IMG/VR virus record: IMGVR_UViG_3300044633_000631
Span: 14,741-78,740 of that record
Direction: 5' to 3' (one strand)
Length of the DNA stretch: 64,000 bases
Source of the DNA: a virus
Part shown: positions 28,064 to 37,527 of the stretch, one piece after another
How the letters are laid out: every line of letters starts with the position of its first letter
Numbering within the stretch: position 1 is the stretch's first letter
Translations under genes and position numbers: made by a program
The notes under the pieces: generated by a model
Database searches by the model: none
What the model was told of the DNA's origin: nothing
What the model saw: the letters and a program-made list of their open reading frames with translations, nothing else

Positions 28064-28678
28064 TTACTTACCAGCTTTTGCTTCACGTTTTAAACGATTA
28101 GCTTCACGTTTTGCAGCCAATTCAGCTACAGCTTCTGGGCCTTTAGACTCAGCTTCTGCATCTTCTTCAGCACGTTTCTTAGCTTGGTATTCTGCTAAAC
28201 CAGCAGCAGCTTTGGGTGACACTTCGCGTTTTTCAACGCCAGCGCTATAAGCTTCCAAGATAGCAGCAGAGTTACTAACAACATAATCAGCAAGTTCAGG
28301 ATTACCTGATGCTTGTAAGATTTCTGTTTTAGCGGCTTCTACTTTTTCTTCAGCAGTTAAACGTTTTACAGCAGGCCATCTGAACGAATCTAAAACAGCT
28401 TTTGCATTGTCAAATAAGAAACCTGAAGTGATTTCCGCAAGTGCTTTTTCCAATTTGTTATAATCAGATTTAGTCACACGACGAATAGTACCACTTTCGA
28501 AAGCAGATTCAACTGTGTCTTGGTTATCAACTAACCATTCTGCAACGTCTGTTTGATTGCTTACAGCTGTTAACATAGCTGCTAAAATCAATGGACGTCT
28601 AACAAAGTTTAATGCTTCTGCTTTAGTTGCAAATGTTTGACCGTTTACTACGAATGCTTGTTGGATTTGGACTGACAT
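28064..28678 (-). CDS. abundant-type hypothetical protein (Ala-rich, basic C-tail)
   Basis: 204 aa with capsid-like codon bias and AAGGAA RBS; has its own upstream motif and downstream terminator. Confidence 0.7.
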   Translation of the reverse strand: MSVQIQQAFVVNGQTFATKAEALNFVRRPLILAAMLTAVSNQTDVAEWLVDNQDTVESAFESGTIRRVTKSDYNKLEKALAEITSGFLFDNAKAVLDSFRWPAVKRLTAEEKVEAAKTEILQASGNPELADYVVSNSAAILEAYSAGVEKREVSPKAAAGLAEYQAKKRAEEDAEAESKGPEAVAELAAKREANRLKREAKAGK

Positions 28679-28799
28679 GATGAATTCCTTAAGATAAATT
28701 ATTAATTAATATTTATCTGTGCGGTCCCACTTAGTGCGCTTTTGCCCAATGCTCTTACAGTTCTTAATACGAGATGAGAATCTAACTTCTTATTTGAAA

Positions 28800-28819
28800 T
28801 TAGGGTTAATTTAACGGGG
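28800..28819 (-). promoter_or_regulatory. class II motif, copy 5
   Basis: TTAGGGTTAATTTAACGGGG. Confidence 0.7.
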
Positions 28820-28866
28820 TTGGCACACTCGCATTACAACCCGAACCCGTTAAGGTACTGCTTTTG

Positions 28867-29202
28867 CTACGCGTTGGCCACAGACGGCACGAGGAACCTG
28901 TCCCATGCCTGCAGGGATGCCTCAGACGCGGTTGCCAGCTCTGCCCCCGTTTCTGGCCCAAATTTGGGCACCCTGATGCCAGCGGGTAGCACGGGCTGTG
29001 AGTCACCAACTTCCACAAGATTGAGGTCATTGTACGGATCATTCTTATTAACTAATCCCTCCATAGTCCATGAAGTATGTTCCCAATCACCGTCATCTAA
29101 ATACAACCCAAGTACAGGATAGCCATAGCGCTCCTCAATAATACCCAAAAGCACAACTTCCCGGCCATCTTGTGTCTCATATGCTTTATCTAAATCAATC
29201 AT
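28867..29202 (-). CDS. paralog family A protein
   Basis: MIDLDKAYETQDGREV...YPVLGLY...WTMEG...DLNLVEV. Confidence 0.7.
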   Translation of the reverse strand: MIDLDKAYETQDGREVVLLGIIEERYGYPVLGLYLDDGDWEHTSWTMEGLVNKNDPYNDLNLVEVGDSQPVLPAGIRVPKFGPETGAELATASEASLQAWDRFLVPSVANA

Positions 29203-29456
29203 TTGTATACTCCACTTAGTTTAATACCTTCAGGCAATACAGGCAGTTCATCACTAAACTCTTTTAAATCACGACCCATCGGTTCTTCATCATCGTAAAC
29301 ATATCCTTCGATAGTCCATGTTTCTCCTGTCCATTCGCTATAATTGTCTAAATACGCACCCACTACACTATATGGGTTTTCTTCAGACGATAAGATTGCA
29401 AATAGCACTACTGGACGTTCATTGCGGGTTACATATGTTTTATTTAAATCAATCAT
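29199..29456 (-). CDS. paralog family A protein
   Basis: MIDLNKTYVTRNERPV...YSVVGAY...WTIEG...RDLKE; shares PVLP.GI tail with neighbour. Confidence 0.7.
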   Translation of the reverse strand: MIDLNKTYVTRNERPVVLFAILSSEENPYSVVGAYLDNYSEWTGETWTIEGYVYDDEEPMGRDLKEFSDELPVLPEGIKLSGVYK

Positions 29457-29698
29457 TTTCTTACTACCCCTTGGCTTGGATCACTTAATTCAACAAGCTC
29501 ATAAATGTGCTTGCCTTCGATTACAACACCACCAATGTTTGTTTGGTGGACTTGACGATAGTCTTCGTACTTCATATTAACTACAACTACCGATACCGCT
29601 ATTGCTATCATCATTCCGATAATAGCAGATATTAAATCAAATTTGTGTAACATGTTCTTAACCTCTTGGTTTATTAACTCTTTCATATTATTGCGCAA
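29453..29698 (-). CDS. small membrane protein
   Basis: One TM helix (ISAIIGMMIAIAVSVVVV). Confidence 0.55.
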   Translation of the reverse strand: MRNNMKELINQEVKNMLHKFDLISAIIGMMIAIAVSVVVVNMKYEDYRQVHQTNIGGVVIEGKHIYELVELSDPSQGVVRK

Positions 29699-29897
29699 CT
29701 AAATCTAAATCATTATCTACAATACTTTCATCGCATCGCCCGTCTATCATCCAACGCTCATCAATCCATTCCTGATAGTCAGTATCATAATAACGCCCTA
29801 ACACTGGATAATCAGTTTTAACTGATGTGATAATTTGGTGTACTTCCGCTTTGAAGCCACACTGTGTGCGATACTTCTTTTGAATTTCGATTTTCAT
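29688..29897 (-). CDS. paralog family A protein
   Basis: IEIQKKYRTQCG...YPVLGRY...WMIDGR...DLDLV. Confidence 0.7.
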   Translation of the reverse strand: MKIEIQKKYRTQCGFKAEVHQIITSVKTDYPVLGRYYDTDYQEWIDERWMIDGRCDESIVDNDLDLVAQ

Positions 29898-29900
29898 AAC

Positions 29901-30056
29901 CTACCCCGGTGGATTGCATGAGTAGCACATGCAGTTTCTGTGATAGCCGTGTGGGCCAAGAATTCTGTCACCATCTTCTTCCCAGTTTTCTTCTTGAGGT
30001 TCTGGATCATAATCCCACTCTTGATCATCACTTAATTGACCTCTATAAAATGTCAT
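29901..30056 (-). CDS. acidic peptide with HxxCxCxxC motif, 51 aa (not in ORF track)
   Basis: MTFYRGQLSDDQEWDYDPEPQEENWEEDGDRILGPHGYHRNCMCYSCNPPG. Confidence 0.55.
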   Translation of the reverse strand: MTFYRGQLSDDQEWDYDPEPQEENWEEDGDRILGPHGYHRNCMCYSCNPPG

Positions 30057-30079
30057 ATCTTATCTCTCAGTAAATGCCG

Positions 30080-30358
30080 CTAATTAAGAAGATTTGTTAA
30101 CTGATCACTTTCTACGCAACCGTGCAGGGTGCCATAAGATGGAAAGTAGCCTGTCAGGCTACAAGTCCCTCCATCTTCAAAGTAGATGCTTTCATTAGAG
30201 AAATTGAAGCCAATTATCGTCTTCGGCCCTCTTCTCGCGGTTCCCCATGTCTGGCCTATTGCGAATTCAGTCCCGTTTACACGAATGCGTTTCTTTGACT
30301 TATGAATCTCCAATTCACCACCAAAGCGATGGTAAGGTTGCCACTCTTGATCACTCAT
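30080..30358 (-). CDS. divergent paralog family A protein
   Basis: FAIGQTWGTARRGP...LTGYF...DQL. Confidence 0.5.
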   Translation of the reverse strand: MSDQEWQPYHRFGGELEIHKSKKRIRVNGTEFAIGQTWGTARRGPKTIIGFNFSNESIYFEDGGTCSLTGYFPSYGTLHGCVESDQLTNLLN

Positions 30359-30503
30359 GTCTCATCTCTCCGCTCTGGTTCATTCAACTTAGTTTCAGCC
30401 GCATGTTCTAATTGTTTAATGTACACGTACACATCGTACGGTACTTTGAAATGCGCAAGTTTACGCGTTTTTAAATCGGGGATTGCTACAAAGTATGAAC
30501 CTG

Positions 30504-30608
30504 TCACGTATCCTCCTCCTCGTCATCCCATTCCCATTCATCATCAAGTTCTTCTTCATCATCGTCGATCCAAGTCTCGTCCTCGCCATGATTTTCATAT
30601 ATAGCCAT
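30504..30608 (-). CDS. very acidic 34-aa peptide (not in ORF track)
   Basis: MAIYENHGEDETWIDDDEEELDDEWEWDDEEEDT; GAGG RBS. Confidence 0.55.
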   Translation of the reverse strand: MAIYENHGEDETWIDDDEEELDDEWEWDDEEEDT

Positions 30609-30610
30609 TG

Positions 30611-31483
30611 TTAAACCTCTTTAATTAAGTCTTCATCACTGTAAGCGCCACAGTCATAATAATAACCTTTGCGTGTATATATACGTAAGGAATCATCACT
30701 CGCGCCCATTGCAACAACATGTTCATCATCTCTAATGTGTATTATCTCATACTTTTCACCACGTTCGTTAACATACATACTACCAACTTCTAAACAGAGT
30801 CCATTGAATTCCCCCACAAGACTTGTTTCTGCGATAGGAAATTGCTGTCCCTTGAGCAATCCTGTTAATTTAGTTGCAAGTCCTGATTCAACTCTATAAA
30901 CATGACCTTTGGCACCAATATAAAGCTTTTTATCATCTGGAGGAAAGACATCAACTATATCATAATCAGACTGTTCATTTTCAAATATTTCACCATATTT
31001 ACTTACACCAAACTTGCAACCATTAGTTGTACTATATTCATATCTATAGAACCCTACGTCACTGGTTGTTTTTGTTATACTAGCCATTTGACCGCTACGT
31101 GTTACATAAATACCGCCTACTTTTACTTTAGGAGGTCTCAGCAAATCGCACTCAGACTTTGTATCAATATACATCTTACCATCTATTGTGTAGTCATAGC
31201 CATTATCACCACTAAATACATATCTACCATAATGCTCTATATCTGTTAATGTTACAGGGTTTCCCTCTCGTGTAAAATACTGACGACCCGCTTTAAACTT
31301 AAAATTACGTACACGTTCTACTAAATCCCAATCTGATTCGTCATAATCAAATCTTTTACCATCCTTCGTTACTGTATAATCAGCATTTGTACCAAACGGA
31401 TACACAGGACTCTCTGTCGTCTCAATAATTCTGACAACTTTACCGTGACGTGTTCTATACTTCTTGTTCAGTTTTATTTTCAT
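30611..31483 (-). CDS. paralog family A protein with 4-5 tandem domains
   Basis: KKYRTRHG..DWDLV; GRQYFTREG..ECDLL; GGIYVTRSG..DYDIV; GSMYVNERG..EDLIKEV. Confidence 0.75.
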   Translation of the reverse strand: MKIKLNKKYRTRHGKVVRIIETTESPVYPFGTNADYTVTKDGKRFDYDESDWDLVERVRNFKFKAGRQYFTREGNPVTLTDIEHYGRYVFSGDNGYDYTIDGKMYIDTKSECDLLRPPKVKVGGIYVTRSGQMASITKTTSDVGFYRYEYSTTNGCKFGVSKYGEIFENEQSDYDIVDVFPPDDKKLYIGAKGHVYRVESGLATKLTGLLKGQQFPIAETSLVGEFNGLCLEVGSMYVNERGEKYEIIHIRDDEHVVAMGASDDSLRIYTRKGYYYDCGAYSDEDLIKEV

Positions 31484-31602
31484 TTTCGATTTCCTTCTGG
31501 ATTTTAAATAGGTTCTTTAGCTGTCTGTTTCTGATCAAAAGCTCTTGTTCTAACAACTGAATAGCATGCTTCTTTTCAATTATTAGAATTTCCACCTGCC
31601 TT

Positions 31603-32973
31603 TCATAAATGTAAAGTGGCGTCATCATACATACCGTCCTGAATGTTCAATAAATGTTCTAGAGTATCTGCTTCATCTTTATCGTAGCGTCTCTCAATGA
31701 ACTTAGGCTCAAATAATGAGTAGTTACCTTTCTCATCACAAATTACTTCTGAATACGTTACACCTATAATTGCATATAACCAATCTCCTCTGTTGTTCCA
31801 AATCTCTTGTGTCAATGCATCTGTTAAGTTACCTACACCAACACTTAAGTCACCATCTTCTGTTACACATAATAGTGAACCGAATGTTTCTTTATTAGCA
31901 CCTGTTCCTGGTATAAATTCAATGACTCTTAACTCACACTCGAATTCTTTCTTAAACTTAACACCACCAGTTGTAGTGCCATCTCTCCATAGCATATCTT
32001 TTTTCTTAAGCATACTGCCTTCTTTTCCTTGTCTAACAAGTTCTATGAAATGCGTTTCTGCTTCTTGAAGATTATTAACAATCCGTGTATCAATTATTCT
32101 TGTCCATTTACATGCAATGCCTAGATTAGCATCAGAGAGGTGTAGTAAGTCAAAGTGTAAGTTATTCAATCTAGAGTAATAAGGCTCATCATCTGCCCCG
32201 TTAGCAATACCTGACAACTTTACTCGATCCCAAACCATGAATACAGGTTTTTCTTCTGGCTTAAAGCTGCCGCCTAAATTAACTCTACGTATGATACCGT
32301 TACTAGTTTTACGTTCCAGAATTTCTCCATTTACTTCTACTAATAATTCACCATGATACTGATATCCATCTTTCATATGAGGACTTAATTCAAATATCAG
32401 ATCATAGTACTCATAGACATTCATTGGCTGGTAATTACGTGATAACATTGAAATATCACCAGCACTCTTAGTGATGTTTACAAACAAGCCATTAGCCTTT
32501 TCTTGGGAGAATGCAGGAAATGGAAACTTATCCATCTTAACATTCTTAGGAAGGCTAAACCGCATATATTTCTTAATAGGTATGAATTCAGATTGCTTTG
32601 CCTTGTTAATAGATTTCACATCAAAGCCAGCATCTAAACTTTTATTAAGAATTTGACAGAATAGTACTTGAGATTTGGGTGTTAATGTTTGCAAATGTTC
32701 ATTAATAATCGTCTTTGCTTGATTACCTGTTAGTCTTCTTTTAGCTAGGTTATCTAATAAGGTGAATGTAGCATTGTTGAACATATCACGACCAGTTTTA
32801 AAAGGTTCTTCTACATTCCTAATACCATACATGATGAATGGATCATATGCATGCCATATAATATCTTCAAACATTTCATCTTCTAACCCATATGCTAACA
32901 TATGAATCTTTTCATTCTTAGAAGGCTGTTGTGCTATTGCCAATAATAAATCATATACGTCATCACTATTCAT
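31603..32973 (-). CDS. ATP-dependent DNA ligase
   Basis: Motif I QEKANG, YHGELLV, FMVWD, EGSMLK, KFKKE, SLFEPKFIERRYDK. Confidence 0.9.
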   Translation of the reverse strand: MNSDDVYDLLLAIAQQPSKNEKIHMLAYGLEDEMFEDIIWHAYDPFIMYGIRNVEEPFKTGRDMFNNATFTLLDNLAKRRLTGNQAKTIINEHLQTLTPKSQVLFCQILNKSLDAGFDVKSINKAKQSEFIPIKKYMRFSLPKNVKMDKFPFPAFSQEKANGLFVNITKSAGDISMLSRNYQPMNVYEYYDLIFELSPHMKDGYQYHGELLVEVNGEILERKTSNGIIRRVNLGGSFKPEEKPVFMVWDRVKLSGIANGADDEPYYSRLNNLHFDLLHLSDANLGIACKWTRIIDTRIVNNLQEAETHFIELVRQGKEGSMLKKKDMLWRDGTTTGGVKFKKEFECELRVIEFIPGTGANKETFGSLLCVTEDGDLSVGVGNLTDALTQEIWNNRGDWLYAIIGVTYSEVICDEKGNYSLFEPKFIERRYDKDEADTLEHLLNIQDGMYDDATLHL

Positions 32974-33048
32974 TTCTTAATCCCCAATAATACCTTTAGA
33001 ATATCCCAAGCTAATTCAGCTAATTGTTTATACATAAATTTCTCCGAT

Positions 33049-33072
33049 TAAAAGGGGAACCGAAGTTCCCCT
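33049..33072 (-). terminator. intrinsic terminator
   Basis: Minus strand AGGGGAAC-TTCG-GTTCCCCT-TTT, after the nrd genes. Confidence 0.75.
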
Positions 33073-33218
33073 AAGATTAATTCCACGCTAAATATTCATT
33101 AATACGATAACCAGTAGTTCCCCACTGGTATGCTTGAACATACTTATACTTACGATATAATGCTCGTAATTGTTTTCTGCGATCTCTGCTATTACCGCTT
33201 AACACAAAATGACTTGGG

Positions 33219-34919
33219 CTAAGCATGACAGGCGATGCATTCTCCTGCTGCGTTTGATTTGATTCCATTAGTAGTCCTGATATAATATAATGACTTAATA
33301 CCTTCATCCTGAAATGCCATTTGATGAATCTGTGAGATATAAGCTTCACTCTCATCGGCACTAAAGAAAAGGTTAATAGATTGAGCCTGATCAATATATC
33401 TTTGACGAGCAGATGCAAGTCTAATAATTGCTTCAGGTGAAATTTCGAATGCTGTTTTAAACACAGCCTTTTCTTCATCAGTTAGATAATCTTCATTCTG
33501 AACTGAACCATTATCATCTACGATACGCTTCATTGCAGCTGTTACATCTTCACCGTGAGACTTAATGATTTCTCTAAGCTTAGGTGATGATCTAAACATT
33601 TTGCCACCAGCGGTGTTTTGTACAAATGCATTCTTGTAGATTGGTTCAATACCTTGTGACATACCCCCTGCAAATAATGCTGATGATAAGTTAGGTGCAA
33701 TAGCTATTAAATGTGTATTACGCATTCCATGACCACGACACCATTCAGGTTCGCCCCATTCACGAGCCATCCATCTTGATGCATCTCGCGCTCTGTCATA
33801 CAAGTGATAGAACATTGATTGACTGAGATTGTGAGCTTCAAATGAATCAAATGGTAGCATCTTTTCTTGTAAGTAACTGTGGAAGCCTAACATGCCTAAA
33901 CCTAATGCTCTAGATTTTTCAGAGAACCTTACAATACGCTCCATACCCTTACGCTTCTTACCAATTTCAATTTGATCTTGGTTAACGCAATCTAAGAACA
34001 CTGTAGCAATGAATACAGCATCTGTCTTACTCCAATCATCATAGTATAATGCATTCATAGATGATAATACACATGCAAATGTATATTCTTCTTCTTTATA
34101 TTTACCACTGAACAATGCTATTTCAGTACATAAGTTTGAAGCTTTAACTTCTAACCCCTTAGCTGCATACATTGGAGGATTGGCACGATTTACTTTATCG
34201 ATAAAGAAGAAGTAACCTTTACCAAGCAGTCTAAGCTTCATTGCACGCTGGTAACGTCTGATAGCATCTGCATCACCGTTGTTAAGACGTTCAATAAACG
34301 CATCATTGATAATCCAACCTACATTGGCATCATCAGGATGCTTTGTTATATGTGTCACAAGCTCATCAAAGTCAGCATGGTCAATTTCTAAGTAACCTGC
34401 CCATGCACCACGTCTCTGTGATCCCTGAGAGATATCTTGTGCTACCTTTACAAAGCCTTTAAATACAGGCAATACACCAGAAGCACTGCCAGCAACACCA
34501 CTGATAGTGCTACCCCTAGAACGGATATTTCCAAGGTAGTTAGACGTTCCGTAACCTTGTTGACTAAGTACTGCAACTTCTTTTTGTTTTTCATAAAAGT
34601 CATATACTTGATCCTCTATTGAGCCACCTGAACAACTGACAGGGCATCCGAAACCTGTACCCATATTTGCCATCACAGGCGTACTAGGGATTAACCAACC
34701 TTTCCACATGATATCAAAGAACTTATCTTCCCATGTGACTGGATCAGGTGTATAGGATGCTGCATGTCTAGCTATTCGTGTGTATATTGATAACAAATCA
34801 GGATACTTCTCTGATACGTACTTTTCTTTCAATAATTGCCAACTGTTTGTGATAATCCAAGGTGGTAATCTACCCTCCGCTTGTAATCGTTTACGTTCTA
34901 AACTTAACTCTCTATACAT
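33219..34919 (-). CDS. nrdA: ribonucleotide reductase class I alpha subunit (no ATP cone)
   Basis: STPVMAN, PVSC, RRGAWAGY, SNLCTEI, AIAPNLSS, SLYY, C-terminal CIACHA; likely start MYRELS at 34919. Confidence 0.92.
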   Translation of the reverse strand: MYRELSLERKRLQAEGRLPPWIITNSWQLLKEKYVSEKYPDLLSIYTRIARHAASYTPDPVTWEDKFFDIMWKGWLIPSTPVMANMGTGFGCPVSCSGGSIEDQVYDFYEKQKEVAVLSQQGYGTSNYLGNIRSRGSTISGVAGSASGVLPVFKGFVKVAQDISQGSQRRGAWAGYLEIDHADFDELVTHITKHPDDANVGWIINDAFIERLNNGDADAIRRYQRAMKLRLLGKGYFFFIDKVNRANPPMYAAKGLEVKASNLCTEIALFSGKYKEEEYTFACVLSSMNALYYDDWSKTDAVFIATVFLDCVNQDQIEIGKKRKGMERIVRFSEKSRALGLGMLGFHSYLQEKMLPFDSFEAHNLSQSMFYHLYDRARDASRWMAREWGEPEWCRGHGMRNTHLIAIAPNLSSALFAGGMSQGIEPIYKNAFVQNTAGGKMFRSSPKLREIIKSHGEDVTAAMKRIVDDNGSVQNEDYLTDEEKAVFKTAFEISPEAIIRLASARQRYIDQAQSINLFFSADESEAYISQIHQMAFQDEGIKSLYYIRTTNGIKSNAAGECIACHA

Positions 34920-35910
34920 TTTTTGGTGTCCATGTAAATTTGGCTTCTGCCCAATCCCTACGATAATCATTGCCTTGCGCAATGAAAGTGTCATGTAATG
35001 TACTTGATTCAATATCTAAATAAAACCAATCAGCAATCGGATTATATTTAGGTTCAAAGATAGCTGGATAACCTAATCTCTCTAGGCATATATCTAATCT
35101 AGATTGTACGAAGTTTTCAAGCATTAATGCATTAATGCCAGGAATATCACCTTTGTCAAAGATCTTTTTGATGATTTGTTTTTCATGTTCAAACAAAATC
35201 CATGCAGTAATCTCTAGTTCATTAGCAAGTCTTTCATGTGCTAAGTATTCCTCAGCCTCTATTGCTTCATGATATAGAGTGTTGAACAAATAAGCACCAG
35301 CTTGACTATGAATGTTCTCGTCAATAGCGGAGAAATTAATTCCTGCATTAATATTTTGAAATTTATTTTTGCCATTATTATTAAAGTGCTTTAAGAATGC
35401 AAAACTAGAATAAAGAATAGCGCCTTCAATCATACTAAACACACCTACTGATTTTAACTTATCATAGGTTGTTTCTGATTGTGTAGCTACTTTCTCTAAC
35501 CATTCCATTCTATCTTTCAAGATTGGATCGTCTAGGTATGCTAAATAAAACTCAGGGTTATCTAACCCTAGCAATTCATTAATTTTATTATAGAATGGTG
35601 CATGAATGTTCAGCTCAAACATTGCAAATACTGAAGCCATTCTTTGAACATCTGGACGTGGAAAATGCTTACATATATAATCACGCCAGTAGTTATTTCC
35701 AACATTAACTTCATAGTGTACAAAAAGCAAAAGAACACTGACAATTCCGTGGTACTCTGCTGCTGTACAATTTGTTCGTAATTCATGGATATCTTTCTCC
35801 ACTTCAATTTCATCTGCTGTCCACAATATGGACGTTTGTTCTTCAGCGAAGTTAACTAACGCTGGATAGTCTGTACCGTAGCATTCTCTTTCTTCAAGAA
35901 TTTGTGCCAT
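34912..35910 (-). CDS. nrdB: ribonucleotide reductase class I beta subunit
   Basis: W.ADEI, ELNIHAPFY, EGAILYSSF, DENIH. Confidence 0.9.
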   Translation of the reverse strand: MAQILEERECYGTDYPALVNFAEEQTSILWTADEIEVEKDIHELRTNCTAAEYHGIVSVLLLFVHYEVNVGNNYWRDYICKHFPRPDVQRMASVFAMFELNIHAPFYNKINELLGLDNPEFYLAYLDDPILKDRMEWLEKVATQSETTYDKLKSVGVFSMIEGAILYSSFAFLKHFNNNGKNKFQNINAGINFSAIDENIHSQAGAYLFNTLYHEAIEAEEYLAHERLANELEITAWILFEHEKQIIKKIFDKGDIPGINALMLENFVQSRLDICLERLGYPAIFEPKYNPIADWFYLDIESSTLHDTFIAQGNDYRRDWAEAKFTWTPKNV

Positions 35911-37527
35911 TTAAATCTCCATAAAATCATCTGGGTGTAATAGTATTGAAGCTGATAACCTACCTGTTGGATAGTCATAATCAACACCTGGTACGTTTCC
36001 TGTTAGACCTGTGAATCTGCTTTTCAGTACTCTCATCTTAATATGATTTCTTATTCTATCATCATCATGTGACATGTCACGTGCGAATGCTATGATATCA
36101 TTTGAAATTTGTTTAATTGAGCCTGAACCCTTAATATCATCTAAAGATGGTAATTGACCTTCTTCAAATGATGTCTTGCCTGTAGGTGTCTTCCTTAAAT
36201 GTGACACTAAGCCAATCCATACGGGATATCTTTTACATAATCTAAGTAAATCATTCATAGTTTTATCTATGGCTTCATTACCTGTTAGTCCATCTACACC
36301 TTCTGAAACCAGGATTGTAATGTGATCGATGAATAGATATTTACAACCTGATAATGCCATATACTCTAGCTTTTCAAACAGAGTTGAATCTTCCATAGAA
36401 CCTTGATGGTCTAATACCATAATTCTATCATCACCAAACACTGCTCTAAAGCCTGATTCTAATTCACTTTCTGTTAATTCTCTATATGAAGGATTGACAT
36501 TCAACGGAATACCCGAGAGTTTACGTGTAGTCTCAGCAGGTGATTCTTCTAATGATACAATACCTACCATTGCAGGGGTAGTATCTATAATATGCCACAC
36601 AATTTCTCTGAGAATAGTTGACTTACCTGAGCCTGTACCAGAAGTAAATAGTACAATCTCATTTTCACGCATACCTTTAGTCTTAGTATTTAATGCATCT
36701 AAACACATGGGATATGGTACAGATTCAGTATCATTGTAAGCTTTTAAAGCTTCCCATAATTCATCTCTACCTAAGATACCTACAGGCGTGTATTTAGACG
36801 CTTCCCAAATAGCAATTAATAATTGTTGGCCGCCTTTCTCAAGTAACATTTGACTTGGATCTTTAACAGGCAATTTAGCTAATCTTACTTTATCAGCACC
36901 TATATATTTAATAGCTTCTGCTTTAGCTTTTTCACCAGCTTCATCAGTATCAAGGCATAATACTACTGTGTCAAATGACCTTACCCAATCTCTATGCGCT
37001 AAGAGTGTCTTAACATTAGATGCTGAGGGAATTGAGACTACAGGATAAATTTTTCCATACTTATCTAATGATGCTTGTGCTACTGCCATTGCATCTAATT
37101 CACCCTCAGTTACAATCAACCTCTTACCACCTGTGCCAAACTTATCCATACCGAATAAAGTTGTTGGTTTACCTATACATGAAAACATCTTAGGTAGCTT
37201 TCTAACTTTATAAATACCTTCACCGTAAGGATAATAGTGTGTATCTACTTCGCCATCTTCATTAAATGCTGATTTAACATCAAAGAATTCCGCTACTTCC
37301 TTAGATATCTTTCTATCTTTAAAGCCAGCAGTTCTTAGTTTTTCTACATCTAGTACAAAAGGTTTCTTAGGTTTTTCCACGTGAGTGAACTCCTTATTTT
37401 TGTTAGCGGGAAACCAAGTTTGACAGCTAAAGCATGTAGCTGTGCCGTTCTCATAGATCTGAAGTGCATCTGAAGAACCGCAATCTGGATTTGGACATGG
37501 TTGATTGTGAATTACTATTTTACCCAT
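35911..37527 (-). CDS. T7 gp4-like primase-helicase
   Basis: Zn finger CP..DCGSSDA..CFSC, TOPRIM TEGELDAM/DTDEAG, Walker A GTGSGKS, IDHIT, KGSGSIKQ. Confidence 0.95.
   Translation of the reverse strand: MGKIVIHNQPCPNPDCGSSDALQIYENGTATCFSCQTWFPANKNKEFTHVEKPKKPFVLDVEKLRTAGFKDRKISKEVAEFFDVKSAFNEDGEVDTHYYPYGEGIYKVRKLPKMFSCIGKPTTLFGMDKFGTGGKRLIVTEGELDAMAVAQASLDKYGKIYPVVSIPSASNVKTLLAHRDWVRSFDTVVLCLDTDEAGEKAKAEAIKYIGADKVRLAKLPVKDPSQMLLEKGGQQLLIAIWEASKYTPVGILGRDELWEALKAYNDTESVPYPMCLDALNTKTKGMRENEIVLFTSGTGSGKSTILREIVWHIIDTTPAMVGIVSLEESPAETTRKLSGIPLNVNPSYRELTESELESGFRAVFGDDRIMVLDHQGSMEDSTLFEKLEYMALSGCKYLFIDHITILVSEGVDGLTGNEAIDKTMNDLLRLCKRYPVWIGLVSHLRKTPTGKTSFEEGQLPSLDDIKGSGSIKQISNDIIAFARDMSHDDDRIRNHIKMRVLKSRFTGLTGNVPGVDYDYPTGRLSASILLHPDDFMEI

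Noticed and set aside
33077-33478. 133-aa ORF overlapping the nrdA 3' end
   Set aside because: Mostly an alternative frame of nrdA; at most the last ~47 codons (MLSPSHFVLSG...) form a real small gene
34920-35012. N-terminal extension of nrdA (also of polA, SSB and scaffold in the track)
   Set aside because: Upstream ATGs overlap neighbouring genes or regulatory motifs; downstream starts fit better
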